Below are positions 1 through 13,387 of a stretch of DNA of 64,000 nucleotides, one piece after another. The translations under genes and the position numbers were made by a program. Origin of the DNA: Selaginella moellendorffii (Eukaryota > Plantae > Lycopodiophyta); assembly GCF_000143415.4 (NCBI RefSeq), contig NW_003314343.1, positions 124,813 through 188,812 of the forward strand. Reading direction: 5' to 3'. The stretch's first letter is position 1. Each line of letters starts with the position of its first letter. The notes beneath the pieces are model-generated. The model did no database searches. It saw only the letters and a program-made list of their open reading frames with translations, and was not told where the DNA came from.

Positions 1-245
1 TACCCCCCCCCCCCCCCCCCCTTAAGGAACACATGCTTTGGGCTTTCACCCCTTAGTACCAGGAGTTAGTCTCTGGGACAAACAAACTCGAAACTTATTA
101 AATATGGAATGTCCTTAGATTGCGAATTTGGACACGAGACGAACACCATTGTGTTCAGACTGATCTCTACATTCTGTAGATATGCCAAATGAGCGACTCT
201 AGACACTTTCTATAAATAGCATTTGGGAGCGAAATGAGACTAACA
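1..245 (-). mobile_element. Partial LTR (window edge) inserted in the 5' LTR of a TRIM
   Basis: Poly-C followed by GCTTTGGGCTTTCACCCC matches the motif in the LTRs at 50760-50786 and (reverse complement) 56130-56173. Ends in ...CTAACA at 245, where TRIM LTR sequence resumes. Confidence 0.55.
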
Positions 246-850
246 CATAAATAGGGATAAAATAGCCACTAAGGGCTCTCTCATCAAGCAATTGCCCCTT
301 TTCCAATTGGCTTAAGGGAGAGAGATAGGGTGCGCTACAATTGGTATCAGAGAAAATGGCATGGGTTCGATTCCCATTGATTAGTGGTTACTTAAAAATA
401 TAATATACCCTTGAGCAAGATATATTCCTACCCCTAAATTTGAAATCGTACGTATTGGGCATCCATGCGTACATCCTTCCTCTTGTGTGGAGTATCCACG
501 GACAAAGGAATCCATTGTGGGACTGCGGTATGGGTGAATGACTAGTTGCCTCACATGGAATAGCTGGTCTACACAATGGAAGGATTGGTAAATTCAGTGT
601 GGAAATGGAGGTGTTGGTTCCCCTTGGCTTAGTAGGGTTGTTAGTCAATAGTCAATGAGGACATTGACATCTTTGAAGGGGGGGTGAGTGTAGCATATGT
701 GATCATGGGATGAGATTTGGATATACTGTCACAGTGGATCCTTGGAACTTTGGGGGATAAATGGGGATAAAATAGCCATTAAAGGCTTTCTCATCAAGCA
801 ATTGCCCCTTTTCCAATTAGCTTAAGGGGAGAGAGATAGGGTGCGCTACA
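246..850 (+). mobile_element. TRIM (non-coding miniature LTR element): partial 5' LTR 246-339, PBS 342-352, PPT ~675-688, 3' LTR 689-850
   Basis: Repeat 255-339 matches 766-850, both ending GCGCTACA. TGGTATCAGAG is a tRNA-iMet PBS. GAAGGGGGGGTGAG PPT precedes a 162-bp TG...CA LTR. The 349-bp internal region has no retroelement ORF. Confidence 0.85.
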
Positions 851-3800
851 ATATGCCATGACTCAATTTCATAAATTGATGCTTTAATTGAACTTTACAT
901 AAGTACATAGAGTTCTACCTTGCAAAAATTCGTCCACTAAGTCTTGTGCATTTGCTAGGTTCTCCTCTGGTTCCCATGTTACTTCATAGTGTGAAAATCC
1001 TTTCAACTTCACATAAAACTCCTTCACTTTGTGTCTTTATCACTTGCTCTTGCACGCATTGAGGATAGCCTCGACTTTGTATTCTTTTTCCCTTTGGATA
1101 ACCTCAGGTAAATGTCTTACTTGGTCTTTGCAAAACAGATCCTTAAAGTATGGCTTGAGCAAGTTCACATGGAACACAAGGTGCATCTTCCTCATCTCTC
1201 GAGGAAGTTGGAGGTGGTAAGCCACTTTATCAATTAAAGCCTCAATCTTGTAAGGCCCTACAAACTTACTTAAGGAATTCATTTTCAAGAATACATACAT
1301 TTTTACCTTTGGGTCAACTTCCAGCTGATCCCACTTGGTAACCTTAAATTTTTGGTGTTCAGCCACACCTTCTCCCCAGGTTGGAACTTTATGTCCCAGT
1401 GCTTCTGGTACGCATACTTGGTTTGCCTTTGTTGAGCCCATTCCAAAGAATTCTTCACTAGATTCCAAATTTTGAGTCTTTCCACTATTAATGCCTCCAC
1501 TGCGGATAACTCTCTATGATATTTGGCCATACTGAGTTCCATAGGACCTTCAATAGTTCACCCATTGATGATTCCCATGGACTCACCCCGATACTCGAAT
1601 GTGATGAGTTGTTATACCACATTTTCGCAAGTCCCAACTTACCCAATTGGTCTGGTCTCTAGAGACATAGCATCACAAATAATCCTTCAGCTGCCTATTC
1701 ACCCTTTATCCATCTCTCAAGAAGTGTTATTGCCATCAAACTTGACTTAATACTTAATACCTATTTGTAGGTGATAGGCTATGTTGAATTTCAATTTGGT
1801 GCAATACTATTTCAAAAGAGTTCTTCAGAACCTACTGGTGAAGATTTTATTTCGATCTGAAATAATCTCTTCTAGCCTTCCTTGCACTCGAACCACTTAT
1901 TCGAAGAACAACTTTGCCACACCTCCCATATCCACTTCTGTTATGGTGGGTATGAAATATGCCATATTTGAAAACAGATCCACCACCATGAATATCGCAT
2001 CAAACCCCTTGCTTTGAGGGAGTTCCATAATGAAATCTATGTAAGCAACCAAAGGGAACGACTCGAGAGACAATCTATAGGGGTTCAAATATAGAGGGAA
2101 AGGGCCCATGAATAAGAGTGCACCCCCTTTTCCAATCGGTTAAGGGTCTTGGGATATTTGGGGTTAAGCGTCCTTGGGTTTAAATAGTATTGGGCTGGGT
2201 GACCTCCCAGGAACTCCAAATTCAGGAGCTTACATTTATGTTTGTTTATAATAGATGAGTCCATTGTGTTTTGTATAACCTGTTTTCTCTTCCGTTAGTA
2301 GCTCACATCTCTAGTGAGCATCTCGCACCTCTTGGTTCCTTAGCAACACTTCTTGTGCTAAATCATCATTCTCATTTGCTATCCACACATCATCCCAAAA
2401 GGTTGTTATTGCGCTAGATAATGCCAACTTCAAGCTTGCCTTTCAACTTAGAGTATCTGCCACAATGTTGCTCTTCCTAGGTTTATATAGAATTTTGCAA
2501 TTGAACTCGGTCAAAGCATTGGCCCACTGACCTTATTTTCCTTTTAGGTCCGGCTGTGACAAGAAGTGTTTTGTTGCCACATTATCCATGTAAACTTTGA
2601 AGTGTCTTCCAAGGTAGTGTCACTACTCCTTGAGTGCCTTAACCACCGCAAACAATTCCTTCTCGTGGCCAGGCCACTTTTGTTGAGTCTTGTCAAACTT
2701 CTTTGAGAAGAGTGCCATTTAATGGTTGTTTTGCTTCAAAACTGTGCCCAATGCAAAGTCTGAAGCATCCCTTCCTTCCTCAGCTTCCCTTTAAGGTGGA
2801 TAAATGCCGCCTCACATTTTGCTATTTATCCCTTTTCCCGTTTGGTCTGTTAAAGGCAAGACTATTTCCAAATAGTGTTTGATAAACTTTTGGTAGTTGC
2901 ATAAGCCCAAAAATGCCCTCAACATGTGTATATGTGATGGTCGCTCCCATTCCTAGATTGCTTGGACTTTCTTAGGGTCCACCTTGAGCCCGTTCTTGCC
3001 CACCATATGCTCGAGAAACTTTACCTCTTGTTGAGCAAAGTCACATTTGCTCTCTTTAGCATATAACTTGTGTTCCCTTAGTTTCTCAAACACTTTCGTC
3101 AAGTGTTCGACATGCTCCTTTAACGTCTTGCTATAGATTAAAATGTCATCAATATAGATGACCACAAAGTGATCCAAATAAGGTCCAAAAGTGTGGTTCA
3201 TCAGCGCCAAAAATGTTGCCAATGTATTGCATAGCCCAAAGGGCATCACCAGAAACTCAAACCTCCCATACCTTGTTTGACAGGTTGTCTTCTCGACATC
3301 TTCCTTTGCTACTTTGATCTGGTAGTATCTTGATCTTAGGTCAATCCTCGAGAAGTATTTTGCCTTTCCTAACCTATCGAATAGGTCCTCAATCCTTGGT
3401 TAAGGGTATTTGTTTTTCTTTGTATAGTTGTTGAGCAACAGGTAGTCTATGCATATACGCATCTTTCTTTTTCACAAATAACACTGACATCTTATATGGC
3501 GATTTGTTCAACCTAACATACACTTTATCCACCAACTCTTCTAGTTGGTGTTTGAGCTCGTCAAGTTCCTTTTTGTTCAAATGATAGAGGGGACGAACCA
3601 CCGCCTTAGCACTTTTGATCAGCTCAATTTTATATTCTATAAACTCCTCTGGCATAATATTTTGAAATTGGTCCAACACCTGCTGTATCACTAAAGTTAT
3701 TTCTTTTATTCCCGTCTTTTTGTCACTCCTCACCGAGAGTAAATACAAAATTGCTATCATGGTTCCTTTAGTGAGTTGTCCTCTCATGGACACCAGGTTC

Positions 3801-4320
3801 AAACATAAGTGTTTGGCCTTACATTGTGCTACTTTTAGATCTTGGGCTTCCACCTTAGATCATTCTCCCCCGGCATTTGCCAATACCACAAGGTTCCTAC
3901 TTTGTCCATGCAAGGCTACCACAAAACGATTGAACTAATCCATCCCAAAGATTACGTTAAATCCTACCATGTTCAACACGGTGAAATCCACGTTTACTTT
4001 CCATGTCCCTATAATGAGTAACTTTGAGCTAGGGACTGGATCATGTACCTTAGTTTAGTTTTTGCTCGACTTCATGGCCATATTGACTATGGCCTTTTTT
4101 GGGTAGGGACATTGTCTTAAAAAGTGTCCTGCTTCACTGTAATTAAAGCATATGTTGTTTCCCACGCTACTAGCTGATTTGACCTTTTTATCCATGGGTT
4201 TGTCCCTTTTTGCCTAACTCTCCCACATACTTGCTCGTTGGCCACTAGATCTGCCTTTCCAAAACCCTGAAGACTCATTCTTAAAGAAACTCTTCTTGAA
4301 TTTCCCTTTGCAAGAATGCA
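851..4320 (-). mobile_element. Degenerate chromovirus Ty3/gypsy gag-pol remnant, same family as 55750-63282
   Basis: Fragments such as MPFGLCN...YIDDILIYS (RT), DFIMELP...VVD (IN), GPYKI and a chromodomain are collinear with and highly similar to 57900-61770. Many stops, frameshifts and deletions. Confidence 0.92.
2040..2234 (+). mobile_element. 195-bp solo LTR carrying a 5S rRNA-like internal promoter segment (Cassandra-like)
   Basis: TGTAAGC...GCTTACA termini. 2162-2217 GGTTAAGCGTCCTTGGG...TAGTATTGGGCTGGGTGACCTCCCAGGAACTCC resembles plant 5S rRNA box A-IE-box C. Interrupts the gypsy integrase with no TSD. Confidence 0.7.
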
Positions 4321-4329
4321 TTGTAACTT

Positions 4330-5110
4330 CTCAACCTACTTCTCCACTTGCTGCTTGCATTGCTAGCATATCGGGCAAGCACGAACATAGTCTATAACAT
4401 CACCTTCCATACAAGACCAAAAAAACCCCTTTTGTAACGAGGCAAGAGTCTTTCACTTGCCTCCATGCCCAATTGCTAGTACATCATGATGTTCCCACAG
4501 AAATATCCATTACAAATCCTTTGTGGGTAAATACAACCTCTCTTGCTTATAATATATAAGCCCATCTTTGACTAAGAAATAAAACTTTGCATTAGCATAA
4601 TGTGCAACTTTTGTTGTATCACTACCATGAGTCTTCTTCACCAATTCCATCTGTTCTCTTCACAGCCTGCAAATCATCCTTGTAAGATGTTTAGATATCT
4701 TCCAACCAATCCAAGGTTACAATTGAGATTGCCTGAAACTGCAAATGAAAGCTCAAGATTGTGAGCTTGATGCGACAGCCTCTAGAAGCTTTGATGTAAG
4801 TGCCACTTCAGAGATTGTCTTCTTTGCTAATGTTGCTTCTCTATGAGGGCCAGGAAGCTGCAAGTGTTGGGTTGTAGACCGTGGCACACCATGGTGTGCA
4901 GCAGCTAGCATGAATCACTAGTGTGGTTTAGGGAGTTTGTGTTGGGCCATGGCTATGCTCTGGTGACAATGTCAGCTTTGGGCAAGGTGGCAAACAATGC
5001 ATTGATGTGCTCCACACTCCCTACTTGCACATACCCCACCAGCAATGCATTCCATGACACGAGTGAATCAATTGGAAAGATCAGGCTATTGAGTTGGTGT
5101 TGCTCTAGTA
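4330..5110 (-). pseudogene. Decayed PLS-class PPR gene fragments
   Basis: Minus-strand translation gives LVSWNALLVGYVQVGSVEHINALFATLPKADIVT and GFVMDISVGTS, with frameshifts. Confidence 0.55.
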
Positions 5111-8100
5111 ATGCAGATTTCTAAGATGGAAATTGAGCTTCTTATTTATTTCTATTTTAGTAAATATTATATAATTATTTAATACTAAAAAGTAGTGTTT
5201 GTTTGTAATTCAAATATGTATAGTATATGACCGAGATGAGAATACATTATATATAATATACTTTTATAGTTTATCAAAAGACTACTTTAAGGGGGCCAAT
5301 GGTTTCTTATGTTGTGCAAATCTTGAGATTTAACTTATAAACACAAACAAGTAAAAAGAAATATGACTTTGGATATCCTAAAGGAAGGTTGCAAGTGGAA
5401 TAAGTAGAGATGCATTTATGTGTAAAACAAAGTACAAAATGGGATGGGAAGGATATCCTAAGTTCCCCCTTTTATATCCTACATGTGTGGTCACTAATTA
5501 TTCTGTGCACTCATGCAATTTCCTGACTCCAAAAGCCTGAGAGAAAATCCTAAATATAAAGTCTTAAGTGTGGTTTTTTTTTCCTGTTTTCCACTCCTGC
5601 ACACTCAAGAGCAAAGTAGCATGACCCTCTGCTTTCCATTTCTTTAATGATGACTTTGCATAACTACAATAGTAGCTGAGGTATCACTAGGCCTTGGTGG
5701 CTGCTGTAACATTTCCTTTCTTGGTGGTCTTCCTCTGCAGCACCATTTCCAATTTGATAAAGGTACCCGAGGTAATAGCAGCAGTGATCATCACTCCCAA
5801 CTGGCCATCAGTGAGATGAGTGACACAGACATCTCAAACTTCATAATTCAATTGTTGAAGAATGTTCATAGCTCTTCTTAGATGCTGCCACAGTTTCCTC
5901 CCTGCTCTAAAAGACATTTCAAATTCTTTTAAGGCTTGTTAATCTCAACCAGTAGATTTTGGCATATGCTTAGTTCCTAGCATTTGACATTATGAAACCA
6001 GCTTATTCATTTAAATATATAAGCACTAGCAAGAGAATCCAGCTCCATTTAAAATATTAATATTAAATATAAATTTTTTAACAGTTTATTCAAAATACTT
6101 TTTAAAAATTTGGTGTCCAACATCTACCTTTATTTAATAATACTATTAATAAATCACGAGTCAAGCCAAGTTGTAAGACATGAAACATTCCTAGATCATA
6201 TAGTTGCTGTTATAGTTAAAACTTAGAGCATACAAAAACTAAGAATTTTAATTTTTATAACTAAAAGTATAAGTTCTAATTATAAAATAATTTATAAAAA
6301 TAAAATATTGCCCATAATTAATAGCAAATAAATGTTTAACAAAATTAAAGACATTTGACACTCATAGCATACGTTAATGATTTATTTATTTATAAGTAAG
6401 TTGATACACCACATTATAATCGTAATTTGTAATGGACTTATCAAAGATATATACCAATCACCTCAAATGAAACCAAATAAAAACACACTAATTTTTTTAA
6501 AGCGCTATGTTAAATATCTTAATATAAAAATTATAAAACATAATGTAATTTTTATGTATTGTTTTGATAATATAACATTTTAGAATATGAAAACCCCATA
6601 AATATCTCTTTTCCTTTACCCACATCTTTAATAAGTTCTTTAATAGTTGGTATAATTGTGTTTTGTCTAAACTCAATTGTAAAAACCCCTTCATAATACT
6701 TATCAATACAAAAATAACAATTTATAATTATAATTAATAAAAATAATAAATAAAATAATCTTAAAATGCTTTAGTTTCTATTATGGCAACATGGTTGAAC
6801 AGGACTGGCATTTGGAATTTTATTCCTTCAATCCCTTGCTATGACAGGTGGCTATATAGAATAAAGAAAACTGGTCAATGTAAGAAATACATCTTATTCT
6901 TGCTTGTTAGCACAAAACGTAACAAGGTTCTTATTTTTGGAATGATGCTCAGCGACAGCTTCCTTGTAAAGATAATAATCCCATTATAAGACCACAACCC
7001 ATCAACAAAATTCAATAGCTCTAACATGTGACCCTGCTACTCTCTTCCTCCTTTTTCCTGTCTTTCTTCTCATACTCCCCATCTGTGTCTTTGGTTTCTT
7101 CCTCTGGTGCTAGTTCCCCCTCTTAAGTGGCTTCCTCAAGTCAGAATTGCTCTTCACCTCTGTCAGCTCCATATCATAGACATCAAGTTTGCTATAGCAG
7201 CTATGAGTGATGACTTCCCAGCCCATATTCAAGTTCCTTGAGATCAAACCAAGCTCATGGGGTTTCTTTGCAACAAACAGTAGCGATTTAGAACAATAAT
7301 TCATTCCCTGAGGTAAATTATCATCCTCCAAAAGCTTTGGTGACTGGAACTCATAGAGCTTTGGGATTCTTTCTGGCAAGCTTCCTTGCTGTTTCTTGAT
7401 CTTTTGATTCAAGGTAGTAGTGGGGAACAAGAAAGTGCCAGATCTTTCAGATCAATCCCAGCCATGAAAGAATCTAGGTCCTAAATGACCTTGTTCTTGA
7501 ACCTGGGATCCAGCTTGAGAAAGTGAAGGCATGCTTGAAAGCCATTGACTTCTATATATTGTTCCTGTAAACCCACTCATCTTGTTGTACACTTTAATAT
7601 AAACTTAAAAAGATAATAAATATTTAGAAAAAGATTTATTTACATCACTGTATCAATACTTTTTTAAATATTAAATAATATTACAATAAATATTATATCT
7701 TATATATAGAAGTTATATCTCTATATGCTTAAATTAATAAAATTTTGATATTCACATCCAAGATTTTAATTTATTTCAATAAGTATTTAAAATATTAATG
7801 AGTTTTGAAATATGCTAATAGTTATAGTATTAAATAAATTATAAGTTACTATTTACCCAGTACTAATTCAATATTGTATTCTTTTTAGTTTAGATCTCAT
7901 ATTACCCATGTATCTTTCCAATATAAATTGTAATACCATATAACATTGTAATTTTTTTCATAAATTACAAGATTATCATCCTTTTACATACAAATGAAGA
8001 CATTCAGTAACCTTCCTTGATATTTCAGTTTTCCCATATCAAAACCTTTCCAGAATAAAGAACTAAAGTACAGTCTAATTGCATATATAAAGTATATATT

Positions 8101-9259
8101 TGATTTGGTATCTCATTTCTTAAGTCAAGAAAAATATAAAAAATTTGGTCCACTTTTTATGTAGGTTTTATAAATAAAAAAATATTTCCTTTTATCTAAC
8201 AAATATAAAAAAAATTTGTTGGTTTAATACATATTCAATATCATTATCTATTATATATGATGTAGAGTATCTACCTTCTATATATTCTACTGATCCATAT
8301 GTTACTAGATCATTTTCAACATGGAGTTCAAGCATTAATTAAGCTTCTCTTTGGAGTGACTTACCTGTATTTGATAAAATAAGAAAGTAATTGTATTACA
8401 ATATGTTATAAAATATTTTTGTGAATATTAAGAAAAATAGTATAATATTCTAGAATATAAAAACCCCATAAATTCCTCTTTACTTTTATCTATAATAAGT
8501 TAATTAATAATCGGTATATTTGTGTTTTGTCTAAACTCAATTTTAATGACCGGGCTATATCAAATGGATTAAATAAAATTATACAAAGAGATGTGATAAT
8601 TTTAATTTTAACAGTAAGCACTCTTAATATCCAAAATCTACAAAATACCTTTATGTTACTTTAACTATTACTAATGTTATGGTAATCTAACTTTTAATCT
8701 TCAATCCAATTAAGGGAGCTAGTCAATCACATGGCTCATTTGTCAACTTAATTCTGGAATGGAGGTAGATAAGGAGCTCAAGTTCCAATCATTCACACTA
8801 GCAAGGAGAAACAAAATTCAAAGCATTTTTTGATTTTATTAGATTCTGGTCAAGGCACCAAAATATAAGCAAGACTGCATTTGTTCTTACTGAGACTGTC
8901 AGTCAATGTGACACTTGAGAAGAAAAGTACATACATAGCCCAAGAAAAACAAAACCTTTGTGGAAAAACTTCTACCCGTCATCGACCTGTTGTGAATGAT
9001 GTTAAACTTGCATAGCAGACAATTCTCAACCACTTGTCTATGCAAGAACAGTGGAAGTGGTGATTGCATGGCGGTCCATGGAAAATAATAAAAGTTTTTT
9101 CTGATATGAAGCCTTACCGCATCTTCCGAAGAGAACTCGCTCACGACGTCTTGATGATGATCAGCACGGTCTTTTTCGGCGATGGAGCCAGCTGCGTCAT
9201 CATCGCTCCATTATATATACTCATCGTTCTGGATCCTCCAGGCCAGAGGCTTGCACGAA

Positions 9260-10345
9260 ACCATTTGCTCAAACGTTTTCTTCTTCACACAGTTTCAGCA
9301 GAAAGGCTTCCACTGTCGTGCCTAGTCCAAACGCTACAAGAGCTCCACACTGGCATGGATCTCCGCCACCTTTTGCCGCTCGTCTTCAAGCACAAAGAGA
9401 CACGCCGTGCACGACATGTTTCCACACGCGTCAAGAACGTGTCAAGTTTGAGCTCCAAAGCTTGATCCGAACTCGAGACAGGCATCCAACAAAGTTGTGA
9501 AAGCTAAACAATGGACATATCAATTATAACAATTAGGGAACCATAATAGACAGAGCTCGGATATGGCTCGAGGTACGAGAGATCTACGCACCTTCGCAGC
9601 AAAGAACTCCTCACCGACTGGAAGCTGTGAGCCAGGCGATTGCGGTGGTGCCTCACACCAATCTCTCGCGGATCGTCCAGCTCGCGACATATCAGCATTC
9701 CCACCTCACCAGCTCGGTCCGCCATCTCCGCCAAGAGCAGCAGTTCATTGTCGAGGTTGATCGCCCAAGAGCAGTAGCTGGATCATCGTGTCGCGCAGCC
9801 GATCGCCCAAGAGCTCCTGAAAGACGAGATCTTTCCACTGGGAGAAGAGTCCATTGCCATTGCCATCGCTGGAAGGATCGAGCTTGAGGTAGAGCCTGGA
9901 GCACGGCACAGCGATGATAGCGCACGCGAGGGAGTGGTAGTGTGGCGGCGGCGACGGTGGCCGCGATTGATCGAGTGGCACCGCCGAGGGAGAAAACGAT
10001 CGATCGAGGAGTGCCAGGGATTAGGAGATCTAGGAGCCGCGGATGCGGCGGAAGAGGAGGAAGGCCTTCGAGAGATGGAATGTGAGATGCGTCTTGATCT
10101 CCGCCACCGCGGATGCCAGCGCCATGGTGATGGGCTTGAAGAGTGCACGATCGTCCAGGCGGAGGAGGGAGTAGAGCTCGCGCTGGAAACCTGGAAGTGA
10201 TCGAAGAGGGATTGTGACGAGCTGCTCGGCTTCCTCGTCCCGGGGGTTCTCCTCGGCGATTGTGATGCTGTAGCCCAGCTCCATGGGCTGCCAGATGTCC
10301 TCTTCCGCTCCTACAATGATGCCAGAAATCTTCATTTCCAAGGGT
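9260..10345 (-). pseudogene. GC-rich disrupted coding sequence with a RING-like Cys pattern near its 3' end
   Basis: One frame runs through 10341-9560 with several stops. Downstream sequence reads HVLDACGNMSCTACLF...KPFC*NC. It abuts the Helentron end. Confidence 0.3.
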
Positions 10346-13300
10346 CAACTAAACAGTTAAAAAGCAACGAACATTCTAACTAATAAGCTATACTTTAATA
10401 TTTTAATATAAATTAAAATAAATTGCTGCGTGTTGCATTGCAGCAATGTTTAGTTCGCTTTTGTATTTAAATATTTTCTATTATTATATATAATTTATTG
10501 TGATTTGTCCAATAGCTATACCTGCTTTTGTATATATTATATCTTTGATCCATATATGATCTATTATTTTTTATAGTGTGTGTTGTCTGCTATTATTTGT
10601 TTATAACCTTCTTTCTCCATTATTATTTTTAATGGGTTTACTTCTTCACTGTGATAGTCTATATTAAAATCTCCAGTTATTATTATTGGTAATTTATTAT
10701 TTGTTGTTTGGATATAGTTTTGCAGTTGCTCTATAAATGTTTGTATGTTTGTTCCTGGTTTTCTACGTAAATTTATTATTTGTGCTTGCTTTTGTTTTTT
10801 TTTTCCATTATTATATATGTCATTGTCATTGAGTTTGTTTTTACATGTTGTTCTTTTTCTGATTTGTACTCATTTGTATATAATATTGCTATATGTGGTG
10901 GTTGTTCATGTATATGTTATTTATATTTATTAAAAAATAAGTCTTCATGTTTTTTTGTTCTTACTTCTTGCATACATATTATATCTGCTGTTAGTAATTG
11001 TATCTATTTATGTCTTCTTGATGTGTAGTAGCTGATGTTGTATTATGTATTTGTATAATTGTTTTGTTAGGTGTTTTTTGTTGCTGTAAATCTAATAAAT
11101 CAACTTGCCATGGAGCTTTTGTTGTCATTCTTGTTATTTCTATGATTGCATCTTTATTAACTTTAATATGTTTATGTTCAATTGGCCTATATAAATGTAT
11201 GAATGCTGTGTATGCTTGTCCTGGATATTTAGTTTTATATGGGTCATATCCTAGTTGTTTTATTGTTGATCCTTGAGCTCTATGTATTGTTCTTCCTGCA
11301 CGTGGTTGTATTGGAAATTGAGTTCTACTTATAACATGAATTTTCTTTTTAAGGATATTTATTACTAGTGTAATCTTTCTTATTGGTGTCCAGTTTTTAT
11401 TAATATTTTGATTTATATTTTGATTTTCTATAGCTCTTGTTTTTTTCTCCTGTTTTTATTTTTTCAAACTGTATCCATAATATTTGTTCTTGGTCTATTT
11501 CAGTTATCTCTTGTAATATTCCATCTGCTCCATTTACTAGTCCATCTTCTATTGCTATATTTTGTGTTATCTCAATTGCCATTTTTTTTAAAGAAGTAAC
11601 ATTTTATGCAGTCCCTGTGTTTTTCTTGTGTCGTTTGGTAATATTAAATGTCTAGGACAAGTATTTCCATGTATGTCTTAAGCTTCTATTATTAAATTTA
11701 TTCCTTGTGTATGTTGTATTATTTTCTCATTGTGTTCTCTTACTTGCTCATTTGTTGCAAATATAGAATAATACTCTGTATTGTAGGTATTTATAGTGTG
11801 TTGTTTATTTATATACTGTAGATCTACATCTGTTTGTTCTCCTATTTTTATTTTATTTAGTGTGTTCATGAAGATTATATCATCTTTTTGTTTCATTATT
11901 TCAGTTAGTTCATACATTTTGTAATTATCTTTCCATGGGTGGTGTATGGATACATCATTTTCAGGCTTATATGTTTTAGTTGAGTAAATTGGTGCTTCAA
12001 ATGTAGGGTTTAATTGATAAAAATCTTCTGTAAAAATACAATCCATGCCACCAAAATCTATTCTATATGTTGCTTTGAAAGTTTCACATCTTTTATTTAT
12101 ATCTTGTAACATATATATACTTACCATTGATATTTCATCTATTACTAGGCATTTTATTGTTGTGAACTTCTTCTATATTTATCTAGTGTATCATTTGTTA
12201 ATATTGTTTGTCGTTGTTTTGATGCTTCTCCCGAAATGCAAATGCTGAATGTATCTTTGTTCCATTAATGTTACAAGCTACTTTTCCTGTAGGTGCTGTT
12301 ATTAATATTGTTTGTCCTGGCTCTATATTTGCAGTTTGGTTTTTCTTATAATATCTTTTAAGTGTTTCTATTAATGTATTTAATAGCATTTTTTTACCAG
12401 TTCCCGCTCCTCCTGTTAGAAATAAGAATAGTTGTTTATTTGGTTGTTGGATTTTTTTCAATATAAAGTCATCATGTATTATTCTTTGTTTTTAATTCAA
12501 ATTTCTTAATAATTTATAGTATTGACTAGTTTCCATATGATAATCATCTTGTATGATAAGTGTTGTTTGATTTAATACTTTATTTATAATATTTATCTTA
12601 TTATTATTATTATTTATTTATTTATTTTGGTTAAATCTCTTCCATTATCAAATTCATTTGTTAATATGTTTGTATTTAATTCTTGTATATATTTTGTTTG
12701 TTCTTGTAATATTTTATTTGCTTCAAGTTCTGGATTCTCCCAATTAAATTCTGTTTCATCTGTATTTATTTTATAAATGTATTGTTGTTGTTTATTATTT
12801 ATTTCTTCTTTATTTGCTTCATATGCATTCATATATGTCATATAGTTTTATTTTAAATTTTTTTCTTGCCTAAAGTTTATATGTAATATTAATCTTTCAA
12901 AGGCCCATCTTTTTGGGTCTTTTTTTTATTAAAGTTTATATATCTTATGACATTTTTCCTTTTATGTTTTCTTATTGTCACATTGTGAGGGCCAAGTGTA
13001 TGGCTACGATGCCGTATACTAATATTAGCATAGTGGGATTTTGGTAGCCGTCGGATTAATTTCAATCTGGACCATTTGCTCCTATATATAAGCTAGGGTT
13101 TTTGGGCTAATTGATATGCACATTTCTGTATTCCCTTTCGATATTCCATGCACTCACATTGGTGGAGATGAGGGGCACCTTTGATTGTCCCTGGGTTGTG
13201 CTTGGATTTGGGATTTTGGTTTGGATCTAGCTTTTGCATCGTTTAGATCTAGCTTTTTCAATTTTTTTCTTTTGTTCTTTCCTTTCAGGATTTTGGTTTA

Positions 13301-13387
13301 GATTTAGCTTTTTGCATTGTCTAAATCTACCATTTCCTTCCAGCTTTTTGTCATTTATCTTCTTTTGCTCTTTCTTCGTTCGTCTTC

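Noticed and set aside
2162-2217. Functional 5S rRNA gene
   Set aside because: Only about half the length, diverged, and embedded within LTR termini.
7110-7580. LRR-like gene fragment
   Set aside because: Only faint GSLP/FTGT-like words, too weak to call.
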